Below are positions 50,866 to 64,000 of a stretch of DNA of 64,000 nt, in pieces. The stretch lies in contig OX597815.1 of the NCBI GenBank assembly GCA_951406725.2, positions 54,312,001 to 54,376,000 on the forward strand, written 5' to 3'. The translations under genes were made by a program, and so were the position numbers. How positions within the stretch are numbered: the first letter of the stretch is position 1; the number at the start of each line of letters is the position of its first letter. A model generated the notes under the pieces. That model did not search any database. It saw only the letters and a list, made by a program, of their open reading frames with translations, and was not told the DNA's origin. This DNA comes from Octopus vulgaris. Taxonomy: Eukaryota.

Positions 50866-52997
50866 TTTAACAATAATAATAATGATAATAATGATAATTT
50901 TCCCATCTACAATTTCTTTTGGTTGTCCAGAAATTCTTTCTATTAAGTCAGTATTCAGAGAAAGTTTCTTTTTCAGAGATGTTATATGAACGTGACGATA
51001 TATTTGGAAGTATGTAAGAGTTGCAGCTGTTACTGGTGGTGTTGTAATGTTGTCAGTCAAATTGCATTTGATGTCCTTATACTGCTAATTTTTCTTTCAC
51101 GTTACACACGAGTGTCTGTGGACGTGAGAATATAATGCATCTTTTTATTTTTGATCTTGTTTCAGTCATTAAACTGCGGCCAATTCATAATTTCTTTTGG
51201 TTGAATGCTTTTTCAGAAAGTCATAAACTATTCACTAGACTCTAAAACAATATTTTACAGCAACCTAAAAGGATACCCTCTTTGCTAGTTAATGTTGTTA
51301 CATTTTTTTCTTCCGAAAAATGAAGAAACAAAGGAATAGAAAAGCTATAGGCACACTTAACAACCATGTATAAAATATTAACACCTGTCTTGACCAAATG
51401 CCCATATAACCTCTTAACAGAAAATTACATTTTCCCCAATGAAGAAAAGGGCTGTAAATATGGGCCCAGTGCCTGAAAAGATCAGCCTCTCATAAACAAG
51501 ATGATTTTGAAAGATTGTCACAAACAGCACAAGTACATATCAATAGCTTTGATAGACTACAGATAGTCTACTACATAGCTGGATTGAAAAATGTTTGGAA
51601 ACGTATAAAAGAGCGCCTAGTTTACGAAATTCCTTACTTGTAAGTGTGAAATCACGGAAAATTGCACTGATTTTGAATAGTGAGAGTTAATCTTTGTATA
51701 CTGGTGATGTTAAAATTTCATGTATTTTCCACAGTGACTCTTTCTCTCTCCCTCTCTCACTCTCTCTCACACACACACACACACACTCTCTCTCTATCTA
51801 TCTCTCTCTCTCTCACACACACACACCCTCTCTCTTTCCAAATTGCGCAATGAAGCACAATATGGCTACGAAATTTCTGGTAAAATTGTAAATCATGTTC
51901 TTTTGCATGGATGATTTAAAGCTATTTGCAAAAAAATAACTATAAGGTTTAATAGCAGTTGAAAAAACAGATTAGTGATGGCATCAGGATTGAATCTCAC
52001 CTCGATAAATGAGCAAAAGCTACCTTCATCAGCGGGAAACTGGTAGAAACATATAACATTGAACTTGACAACCAGACAGTTTTAGAAGAGTTAGAATCAG
52101 AGGAGTTCTGCAAATATTTAAGTGTATAGCTATATGATTATGTCAAACATTAAACGTGAGGGAAAATATAGCAGGGTACGAGCAATACTTAACACAAAGC
52201 TAAATGCAAGAGACAGGATCGAAGCAATTAACAATTTAGCTACACCTGTCGTGACTTACAGTTTCAATATTATTAAGTAGTTAAATACTAAAATTTGCAA
52301 ACTTGATAGAAAAATCAAAAATTGTTGACAATGAGTAACATGTACAAAGGTAGATGTGGAACGACTTTATTTGCCAGGAAAAGAGGCTGGCCGCGGAACC
52401 TTACAGATTGAAATGTCACTGAAAATTGCCACAAATGTCCTAAACATTTATCTAAAAAATCCTGATGATTGGATGTTAAAACTTGTCTTAAAACACGAAA
52501 ACAAATCTCATATTCAGTAAAAGCTAAACGTATGAAAACCCTTGTTTAAAACGCTACTTTAAATGTTCTCATCGATAAATGGCAAGAAAAAACACTCAAT
52601 GGCAAATAACCAAAGAGAGCTAACAATGCTGATGTTGACAAAGCTCTTATCGATCAAAAGTTAGCAACTACTGGTTTAAAAAATAGAGAACAAGCCTTTA
52701 TACTAGCCGCCCAGTACACTGCCTGCCTACAAGAATCTACCAAGCTAACATCTTAAAGAACAGCAATAGCCCAAAATGTCGCTAAAATAGATAACAGACT
52801 GAAACCATGTATAGCCTTCTGGTACCCCCAGGGTATGTCAACGGGCATGAAAAGCGACACAGCGTATTCACTACGTGAACATGATAAAAAAGGGTGCGAA
52901 CAAAAACCTCTAGTGCTTGAAAACGAATATATCAAGCTCCTATTAATTTTTTCTGTTCAAATTGACAGAAAGATAGATGCAAATAGGTCAGGCATTA

Positions 52998-53444
52998 TTT
53001 TACTCTTTTACTTGTTTCAGTCATTTGACTGTGGCCATGCTGGAGCACCGCCTTTAGTCGAGCAAATCGACCCCAGTACTTATTCTATCGGTCTCTTAAG
53101 CCTAGTACTTATTCTATCGGTCTCTTAAGCCTAGTACTTATTCTATCGGTCTCTTTTGCCGAACCGCTAAGTTAAGGGGACGTAAACACACCAGCATCGG
53201 TTGTCAAGGGATGTTGGGGGGAGGGACAAACACAGACACACAAACATATACACACACATACACATATATATACATATATACGACGGGCTTCTTTCAGTTT
53301 CCGTCTACCAAATCCACTCACAATGTTTTGGTCGTCCCGAGGCTATAGTCGAAGACACTTGCCCAAAGTGCTACACAGTGGGACTGAACCCGGAACCATG
53401 TGGTTAGTAAGCAAGCTACTTACCACACAGCCATTCCTACGCCT
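52998..53444 (-). mobile_element. Family B SINE with an internal 29-bp triplication
   Basis: Full head and tail. agtacttattctatcggtctctt occurs three times at 53076-53156. Confidence 0.93.
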
Positions 53445-53451
53445 ATTAAAG

Positions 53452-53491
53452 ACGCTTCACGAATTTGCGTGTCATCCTTGCGTGTCATCCT

Positions 53492-53523
<32 letters not shown>

Positions 53524-53541
53524 AATATGTACCGCCGTAGC
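53452..53541 (-). pseudogene. U6: U6 snRNA pseudogene fragment
   Basis: Reverse strand gctacggcggtacatattctaaaattggaacgatACAGAGAagattagc-aaggatgacacgc-aaggatgacacgcaaattcgtgaagcgt matches U6, including the ACAGAGA box. Confidence 0.95.
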
Positions 53542-53792
53542 TATTTCGAACAAAATCATGCCTCATCATCGATGACGTCTCTAACTGACAGAAATATATC
53601 TCTGAAAACTACCAAAAACTGAACACGTGTAAAGATCTTGAAACATAAATTGGCAAAATATGGAAACTCAAGACAAAAACAATACCTGTTGTGATAGGAG
53701 TCCTAGAAATGAAAGCAAATTCCATAAAATCTCAAATTCCATGAAATCCTAGAATGGAAGAAAAAGAAATTCAGAAATTAGTGCTCATGGGA

Positions 53793-54701
53793 ACAATTGG
53801 CCTAGACACGTACCTGAAAAACTCTGAGGACTGGATGTTAAAACTTGACTCAAAACATGAAAACAAGAAAGCGTCATACTAAGTAACAAAACAGGCAAAG
53901 GAATATCGAAGCGAATTCCGAATACAACAAATTTCAGAATTAGACATACAAGAAACAAGCACAGAAAAAGCTAAGCGCATGAAAACCCGTGCTAAAACTG
54001 CGACCTTAGATATTTTAAATGATAAATGGCAAGAAAAACCTCTCTATGGCAAATACTCAAAGAGAGCGAATAATGCAGATATTGACAAAGCCCTGACCCA
54101 TCAATGGCTAATGGCCCCTGGCTTAAAATCTGAAACAGAAGGGTTTATCATAGCAGCTCAAGATCAATGCCTACCAACAAGAAACTATCAGGCCAACATA
54201 TTAAAGAACGGCTGTAGCCCAACACGTCGTGTATATCAACAACAAAATGAAACCATTGACCATGTTGTCTCCAAGTGCAGTCTTCTAGCGCCTACAGAGT
54301 ATCTCAACAGGCATGATAGAGCTGCACAATATATTCACTGGGTAATTTGCAAAAACCTGGATTTGCCCCATGAAAAAAACTGGTGGGAACACAAACCACC
54401 TCCAGTGCTTGAAAATGACCACATCTCACTCCTCTGGAACTTCACCATTCAAACTGACAGAAAGATAGATGCAAATAGGCCAGACATCATATTGGAAGAC
54501 TTCAGACAAAGAACATGCCTCATCATTGATAAGACTGACCCAATCGATATAAACCTACCAAAAACTGAGCAAATATAAAGATCTTGAAACAGAAATCAGC
54601 AAAATGTGGAACCTGAAGACTAAAACAATACCTGTTGTCATAGGTGCCCTGGGAATGATAGCAAAAGGGACTGATTGCTACCTAACTCAGATACCAGGAA
54701 A
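53793..54701 (+). mobile_element. R4/Dong family 2 internal segment, near-identical to 32950-33862 inverted
   Basis: ORF 53979-54578 matches ORF 33147-33632 almost residue for residue. Confidence 0.95.
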
Positions 54702-55085
54702 CAAGAGGGCCTAATAACTGATGTGGCAGTACCAGGAGAACAGCATACTATCATGAAAGAAAGAAAAAAGATTGATAAATATGGAGACCTGTGAATTGAG
54801 ATCACTAAGATGTGGCAGCTATGAGAGTCAAACATAAAGGTTATCCCTGTTTTCATCGAGGCATTGGGTTCAATACCACCCAATCTGAAAACAAGAACAT
54901 TATGAAAACTTTAGAAGTACCCTACAATCTAGGTGTATTGCAAGAATCGGCATTACTTGGAACGGCACGCATATTGCATAAAGTATTGTCTGACTGAGGT
55001 CCTTGTTGTGACAAACAGTACAAACCCCCAGTACACACAATATCTTCAATCAACTACCACACGATATTGCATGCTGCGTGACCTC

Positions 55086-55086
<1 letters not shown>
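54702..55086 (+). mobile_element. R4/Dong (family 4) 3' end
   Basis: LITDVAVPG...KIDKYGDL...LQESALLGTARILHKVL, UTR, then (AAT)n. Confidence 0.9.
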
Positions 55087-55153
<67 letters not shown>

Positions 55154-55169
55154 TAATAATAATAATAAA

Positions 55170-55723
55170 TGCCCTGATGCAGTACCAGGCAGTGGCTCTC
55201 ATGGCTTCTGATCTTAACTGATTCGAAGTGTTATCATGTACATTGTTTTGTCTTGGTATAAAAGATGGGCTACAGCAAATATTCTGCTCAGTACCACAGA
55301 TTTGCTTGTCAGTTGTTTGACCTTAACCAGTTGAGCATGTCCCTTAGTGGCTGACGATATGTGCATCTCTGATCACGAGCAGAAGTAGTGGGGAGCATCA
55401 TAGCCATGTGTTGAGAGGGATTCTTTAGGGTTTGAATAATTCACCTCTGGAAACATGGATGGTTCTTTCAACATCCTTAAACAACCCTTATTCAGGGACC
55501 TTTTGAGCGGGATGGCCTACTCAACCTGAAGAAAATTCTAACTGGGCCCCACCTGCAAGGTCATGCGCTGTTTATCTTGATATGAGATCACCATGTCGCG
55601 CACATATGGTTGTGATGCATGTGCCTGGTGTACCCTTATCAGACGGGTAGTCATGATGGGTACATTGGGCTTCGTATATTTTACCCCAGTGTCACTTTGA
55701 TGGCATGAACTGCTCTCTCACTC
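55170..55723 (+). mobile_element. ~550-bp non-coding (AAT)n-associated element, copy 2
   Basis: Near-identical to 12737-13287. Confidence 0.88.
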
Positions 55724-55935
<212 letters not shown>

Positions 55936-56129
55936 GCTTGCAGCATAATCAAAAGGCAAAAACATTTCCGGACAACAGTCCCGAAGATAAAAATTAGACT
56001 AACCGAGATTTGAACATAAATGCCCTAAATAATGTGCATGCGTGCGTCTTCGTATAATATTTGAAGGGGAAATCAACCCGGGTCTAAACCTTTTGATAGA
56101 TCTGAATAGACTGACTCAAGAAAATGCAT

Positions 56130-56280
56130 TTTCAGAACGAAAGAACATATCAGAAACTGAAGTGAAAAAATGAAAGAAAATAGAATGCTTCGGATTAGAT
56201 AAATGCGCCAGGGCAATCTTTGAGAAGGAAATATTAATTACGAAGATTAATATCTTGCCAGATACCCTTGACTATAATCT
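56130..56280 (+). mobile_element. R4/Dong RT fragment
   Basis: FGLDKCARAIF. Confidence 0.55.
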
Positions 56281-56284
56281 ACAG

Positions 56285-56960
56285 TCTGGGTATGACTATA
56301 AACTACATCTGTTAGTGGGACAATGGGGCACTTGTTTCAGAGGTTGAGGAGTGTGGAATCACCTCTTAGCCACTATTGTTCCAAGGTCCACTCTGGCCCG
56401 GAGTGGTAGCACCTGTAAGGGTCCCAGCCATGGGTTAACTAGCAAACACTTCTGTGACTGGTGGGTCGGTAGAATGCAGTCGCCGTATTCCTTGCGTGAC
56501 TTAAGAGATTACTAAAAGGGGCGGGAGCGAAGGGACTGGGAATCCACTCCTCTTAGAAATTTCATATTCCTAAAAAGACAACAAGAAAAGACAAGGGGGT
56601 GGAAGAAGGTCAACACCTAATCTCAGCCTAAGATTGGGGCCATGGAATGTTCATGGGTGTAGTAGAAGTGAGGTAAAGAGGAGAGAGATAAGGAATGTGA
56701 TGATGAGATGTGCTGCCACTGAGTGAAACGAAGACGAAAGGTAAAGGAGAGTACCAGTTTGGGGATGTCGGGAGTAGGAGGAGAGGGCTCATGAGGGAGT
56801 GGCATTACTGGTGAGCAAGCGTGTTAAGGAGAGTGTGGTGGAGTGGGGGGAAGTGTCTTCAAAGTTAATGTGGGTTAAGATGAGGTGGGAGGAGAGATGC
56901 CGGTATTTTTAGCGCATTTGGTCCATGGAATGAAAGGAGTGAGGAACAGTAGTGGATAGG
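56285..56960 (+). mobile_element. RTE-like LINE 5' end: structured UTR plus APE N-terminus
   Basis: WNVHG, LSETKTKGKG, EGVALLVS, VSSKLMWVK. Confidence 0.8.
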
Positions 56961-56989
56961 GCCTTGATGGATTATGGATTATGGATTAT

Positions 56990-59900
56990 TTACTGATGGT
57001 CGACCCCATCAAATGCCTTAGAAAGGTATAAATGCACCAGTGACCCCTCGCGCCAGAAAGTTTCCTAACCCTCTCTAAGGATTAGCGTATAAGGTGAAGA
57101 TTGGCGTGGATTGACCTGCCCGGGATAGCGCACTTTTGTGCTTCACCGACAAGTCCGACCACGACCCGCACCAACCTTTTCGCTAGCACCTTGGCCAAAT
57201 TCTTAAACTCTGTGTTTAGCAGAGATATGGGCCTAAAGTTCCCTATCTCATCCTCCTTACTAGGGTCCTTTCTGATCAACGTTACCACCCCCCGGCTCGC
57301 AGACTTGTGAATTCTCCCGTTCTGCTGCCAGTTGGCGTAGACGCTGGCCAGTAGGTGCCCAAACAAGTCTGGCATACTTTTATACAATTCATAAGGCAGA
57401 CCATTGAGATCCGGCGACTTCTCCCCGGGACACTCGCCCAGCACCTCGATTACCTCCTCGTCTGTGATTGGCCCTTCACAGCACTCAGCATCACGTGCCG
57501 AGAGACGCGGGCCACCAGACAGGCAGTCCCTAAGGCCTCACATTGATCCAGTGTCACGCCCCTCCCGAACAATAAAGCGCCTCATACATCTCATCTCGTC
57601 CGTCGACAAAAGACCTAATTGTAGCATCGTTGCCACGCTAGGTTTCTACCTTAGGGGCCCATAGGGTACCATTAATTCTCTCACGACCCAATGCTCTACT
57701 TTAGACCGAAATCTACACCCCTCATGTTTGGCTTTGAGGTGACGATCCAATGCCGTTCTCGCTGCCAAAATGTGAGATGCAGACCCCAACCTCAACGCCT
57801 CTTCTAAGTCCTTTACTAGTTGCCCTTCTATTCTGGCCTTATCTAGTCTTAGCTGGTGACTAAACCTAATCGAACCATCACCGTTTATTAACCACGGCGC
57901 CGGTTAACGCCCTCTGTACTAACTCCTTAATCTGGCTACGGTATGACTCGCAAATCAAAATAGACTTGTCAAGCTTCCAGTAGCCGGGTCCTCTCTTAAC
58001 TGTAGTATGTCCAGTCTTCACTTAACCATTCTATAGTCAGTGTAAGCTAATTGGACAATCTATGGACAAATACAACTAGTCTTATCTTTAGTTTTAATCA
58101 CTATCCCATCAAAGTAAGACTTGAGTTTTCCGTCGCCACTAATCCAGGTCCACTCTGGGACTCCGGATAGTCAAGCCTGTAACGATCTGCCAAATGAAAG
58201 CGCTTAAGCAGATCCACGAGACGTGATTCAATTTCCTACCGGTCGAGCCAACGCTATCGATGCGTGCGTCAACAATAGCGTTAAAAGTCACCTAACACCA
58301 CTAATGTCTTCGACGTCACGAGAAAGTTCTTCAGGCGCAGATAAAAATCAGTTTGGAATCCTCTAACACAAGGTGCAGAGATTCCGATCAACCTGAAGGC
58401 TTTACTGCTGTATGTCACATCAAGGACTACCAGCCCACCTTCTGGGTCCACATAGACTGTGCTTGTCTACAGAGCCGAGGTTTTACGGATCAGTACCACT
58501 ACACCCCTTCGTCCACCGGTCTGGCCAGGAGACATGATTTCCTTATAGCCATTCAGGAGCGAGAAAATTTGTAGACTGTCCAGCTTGGTCACTGTAGCAT
58601 CCATCACATGTATATCGTGTGATCTGAGGTCGTCGAGGAAACAAGCTTGCTTCCATTTCGAACTCAGATCACGCACATTCAGACAACAAAGGTTAAATGC
58701 AGTCATAACTTAAAAAGTAGAGGTCCTACTTACCTTTTACGGGCGACGTTGGGACTGACTTCACCACACGTGAGGCAGCCTTTTCCTTCTCCCCTTTCTC
58801 CAAATACCTTGGAAGGTTCCCAATTCTTCCGATGGCCGTCGGGTGTCTTTCCTTCAACTGCTTGAATTGGTTTCCCCTATCCAGGCACACCTATTCGGAA
58901 AGTCTTTGTGCTTCAAGAAAAGCTTGGTGGTGTGGTGGTTCCCAATTATTTCGTCTGTGTATTTATCTCTCGTGTCAAATTCCACCAACACCTTAATGTC
59001 ACAGTCACCTTTTTTTTCCAGGGACAAGGGGGCGTAATTGGCTGTGTGTTCTCGTTTGTTTTTGTGGGGGAAATGGATGGGGACGGTCTATGAGTTCGTT
59101 TACGAACTACGGCGTACTCCCCCTCGACCACCTCCATGGTGTTGTCTGAGGTAGCTGTACTTTTCTATCAAGTGCCAACAAAGGGGTGGGTATTTTTACT
59201 TGTGTCGGTGTTTGTGTATGCAGGGATTGGGTTTTTCTGGTGTTATGTTGCAGGAGTGGGAATTTTTAATTGTGTAGGATCTGGTATATGCGTAGGTTTG
59301 GGGACTATCTTTGGGTTTTCTGAAGGGCCTGATGTCTGAACCATTTTTTCCATCTTTTCTTTTTCTTTTTGTTTCCTTGTTTCAGAGTCCACGGGAATGT
59401 GGTCCTGTTTCCCACATTCATAACTGGTGGGTTTTCGTCCTTCCGCCTGCATTCTAAGGGCTACATTCTCGACCACGAGCACCCTTTCAGGAAGCTCCTG
59501 AAGGTCTTCCTGCGTCCCCTATATACACTTGCTGTGATGCTCCGCCCGAGCCAATTCGGGAGGGGGGGGCAGAGCATGTAATTTTCAAGAATTTTATACG
59601 GTCCGCCCTGTTAAACAACAAGGCGGTCATCACCTCCTTCGGGTCAACCTCCGGTGGTACTTCTATCACCTTCACACAGGAAGTCCGCCTTCCCTCATAT
59701 GTTGGTAGAAGTCCCCTCTCGTTTGTCTTCAGGGGACACACAGAATGCCCGCGGGCCACCTCTTCAGTAGAAAAACGGACCTCAGCTGTACCGTATGCTC
59801 GTCCCCTTGCAATATAGGCTATGCTTTCCACAGCGGGGACAGGCCTTTTTCAATTTTCTCTTTCTCGAAGTGTTTAAACATTCTGTTTTGTGGGCAGAAG

Positions 59901-60440
59901 GATTCAAACACGACGGTCCGTTTTTCTGTGTCTACCACACTGGAGGAGCGTGATATTTTAACGTCACCGCTCTCCTCTTTCATTCTTTTAAATAAAGATT
60001 TCATTCTTTTAAATAAACCTTCCAACTGACCGCAGCAACGACCGAAAACTTTTTTACATTTCCTTGCTTACTCTCAACGAGAGTACACCTCTCGTGCATA
60101 ATTTCAACCGACATTCTTCGGTTGAAATTAATTTCACAAATTAAATAGTTTCCCACAAAAATGGGAAATAGACATTTTTCCTTGAAGAGGTCAACAGTTC
60201 ACTAACAAAGTTCAGATCCAACCCCCGTTAGTGGGAGGGGCACAGAATTAGTCCAAAAAGACTATACACAGTTTGACAAAACAACGTTCATAAAAATGCC
60301 ACAATGACCAACAAATACTGGTCAACAATTCCTTCTCCTTCAGTTATTCCCCGGTAAACCAGGAAATAATTCAACAATGTTCAACAAAAACTTTAACGTT
60401 CAACAAATAACAATTCCAAACGGTAATCCAACGTTTTCAA
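56990..60440 (-). mobile_element. Tx1/L1-clade LINE: 5' UTR, ORF1, APE and N-terminal RT; 3'-truncated
   Basis: ORF1 pieces with a decayed CCHC knuckle (ECGKQDH), CLNVRDL APE start, KSPDLNGLPYELY, NFRPISLLN, SKAFD. Confidence 0.9.
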
Positions 60441-61426
60441 CAACATCAGCGAAAACGTTTACCAGCAGCGAAATAGACACGTCCGACAAAATTTCGGGAA
60501 TCAAGCTTCTTACCATACAGCCACGCCTGTTCGTATATATGTGTGGATATGTGTTCATACATACTCACATATACATGCACATACATACATACATACATAC
60601 ATACATACATACATACATACATACATACATACATACATAATGTGAAAGAGACCGTGCGATATAGATATATACATATATGTATATAACGTTTTTATAGATA
60701 TCAAAGGGCAGATGTCTGTGTGTGAGATGTGTGTGAGAGTGGGGTTCGTGTGTGTGTGCGCGCGTGTGAGTGAGTGAGTGAGTGAGTAAGTGAGAGAGAG
60801 TGCTTAAGTGACTGGATGAGTGAGTGAGTGAGTGAGTGAGTGAGTATGTGTATGTGTATGCACGTATAGTAGATAGTGGAGCCGAGTAGAAGAATGAAAA
60901 ATGGAAGACAGAGCGAATGATGAAAGGGTATATTTAGATTTATTATTGTAGAATTGTAAAATCAATTTTTTGTTATTGGCCGGGGGAAAGAAATTTTCTT
61001 TTCAGTTTGTCAGCAAAGTAAAGTGTGGAACATACTCTTTGTCATTTGACAGAGAAATATTTCGATCGATACAGAGAATAACGTTCAGAATGGTAGCAGG
61101 CCGTAAGGTAAAAATATCACTTCTGCCATGATCAATTACTGTCCAAGAATGTTTCCAAGCAACTTGGATCAATAATTCGTGTGATTGCGGTAAATACATT
61201 TTTTATTGTTTTCCTTATTTTCCTTCTTTCTCTCTTTATTTCTTTGTTTCTCTGTTTGATTTTCTTCTAGGTCATACTAAAATGGTCCTTTGGGAGGCAG
61301 ATGTGGATTCGCCGTTTTGGCCCGGGAAGAATTTTTTTCTTTGTCAACTTGTGAAGAAAGAAAATAAGAATCAAATCGACAATAATCAAATAATATAACA
61401 ATTAAAAATAGTAAAAACCATTATGA

Positions 61427-61459
<33 letters not shown>

Positions 61460-61479
61460 CATTGGTAATAATATTAATC

Positions 61480-61682
61480 ATTTCTACTAAAGGCCTGAGA
61501 TTTGAGGGAGGTGACAAGTCGATTACATTACCTAAGTGTTTCACTGGTACTTAATTTATCGACAACAAAAGAATGAAAGGAAAAGTCGACCTCGGTGGAA
61601 TTTGAATTTAGTACGTGAAGCGGGACGAAATACTGCTAAATGAATTGTCCGGAGTGCTAATAATTCTGGCAGCTGGCTGCTT
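61480..61682 (-). mobile_element. Family A SINE
   Basis: ctggtacttaatttatcgac...aagtcgacctcggtggaatttgaa. Confidence 0.85.
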
Positions 61683-61689
61683 TAACAAA

Positions 61690-62035
<346 letters not shown>

Positions 62036-62042
62036 TAGAAAT

Positions 62043-62283
62043 TGCCCTGACGCTGCTCTTATGACTTCTGATCTTAACTGATTGGAAGTGTTATAATGTA
62101 AATTGTTTTTTCTTGCTATAAAAGATTGGCTACAGTAAATATTCTGCTCAATACCACAGATTTGTTTGTCAGTTGTTTGACCCTACCAGTTGAGCATGTC
62201 CCTTAGTTGCTGACGATACGCTCAGACTGGTAGTCATGATGGGTATACTGGGCTTCGTATATGTTATCCCTGCACTCTCAATC
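62043..62283 (+). mobile_element. (AAT)n-associated element, copy 3, internally deleted
   Basis: Same 5' start (tgccctga) and similar 3' end as copies 1 and 2. Confidence 0.85.
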
Positions 62284-62292
62284 AATAATACT

Positions 62293-62384
62293 AAGAAGAA
62301 GGAAAAGAAGGAGGAGAAGAAGAAGAAGAAGAAGAAGAAGAAGAAGAAGAAGCAGAAGAAGGAGGAGGAGGAGGAGAAGAAGAA

Positions 62385-62436
<52 letters not shown>

Positions 62437-62439
62437 GAA

Positions 62440-62515
<76 letters not shown>
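62293..62515. repeat. (AAG)n/(AAAG)n polypurine tract
   Basis: Directly visible. Confidence 0.97.
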
Positions 62516-62516
<1 letters not shown>

Positions 62517-62519
62517 TAT

Positions 62520-62740
62520 ATTAAAAACTGCTAGTGCGGGTTAAATGTATCCCAGTTATTATAAGTGAGTTGGATAGAGGAAATAAGCATGAAACGCAGA
62601 TTAGTACAGCTCCAGAAAACAGTGTTATTAGGGACAGTTAGGATACGTTGGCGGGTTCTTGGCATCTAAGGTTACTTGTAGACCGATGTTAGGATATTTT
62701 CTTTTCCATAAGTCTAATCTGTTGAGTGTATATGAAAATG
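62520..62740 (+). mobile_element. R4/Dong (family 5) 3' end
   Basis: [20 protein letters not shown], then (AAC)n(AAT)n. Confidence 0.8.
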
Positions 62741-62760
62741 ATAATAATGATAACAGCAGC

Positions 62761-63847
<1,087 letters not shown>

Positions 63848-63854
63848 GTTGTTG

Positions 63855-63913
<59 letters not shown>

Positions 63914-63921
63914 TCTTCTTT

Positions 63922-64000
63922 AGATACTAGACCTGGAAGACAGGGAAGAAAACACTTGTAGACTAATAGATGTCAGTGTTCCCACTGAAAAAATATACCT
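63922..64000 (+). mobile_element. R4/Dong REL fragment running off the window
   Basis: TCRLIDVSVP. Confidence 0.6.

Larger units (their letters stand above)
51300..53792 (+). mobile_element. Old R4/Dong LINE (family 2-related), RT to REL, interrupted by a SINE and U6
   Basis: EEKGCK, IDY, MDDLKLF, ANNADVDKAL, QIDRKIDANR, IPVVIGVL. Confidence 0.88.

Noticed and set aside
53076-53156. Regularly spaced direct repeats resembling CRISPR
   Set aside because: Tandem duplication inside a SINE, with no unique spacers, in a eukaryotic context.
53979-54578. 199-aa ORF as a functional gene
   Set aside because: It is a Dong ORF fragment with an upstream stop, a damaged zinc knuckle and a frameshift.

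Overview
This is an AT-rich, microsatellite- and transposon-saturated eukaryotic window. Its SINE families look like those of Octopus/cephalopods, which is an inference from repeat content. I found no intact host protein-coding gene: every ORF in the track is a microsatellite artefact or a decayed mobile or viral sequence. Recognisable elements are three mariner copies, a maT-like, a hATm-like and a hAT-MITE DNA transposon, a non-autonomous Helitron, a Gypsy LTR element, a Tx1/L1 LINE, RTE and CR1 fragments, many (TAA)n-associated R4/Dong LINEs, Penelope remnants with hammerhead ribozyme motifs, several tRNA-derived SINE families and an antisense U6 fragment. Main discovery: the apparently unique DNA between the transposons translates, always on the + strand and through stops and frameshifts, into paramyxovirus-like motifs. 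These are N (1.2-2.4 kb), M (10.0-12.2 kb), F (13.6-14.4 kb) and the L methyltransferase region (26.6-27.7 kb), in viral gene order. A second block follows, with a possible attachment-protein C-terminus (36.3 kb) and then the L N-terminus and capping region (37.6-40.7 kb). This looks like a fragmented fossil genome of a paramyxo-like mononegavirus in an invertebrate. All protein alignments were made by eye against remembered motifs and need HMM/tBLASTn confirmation.
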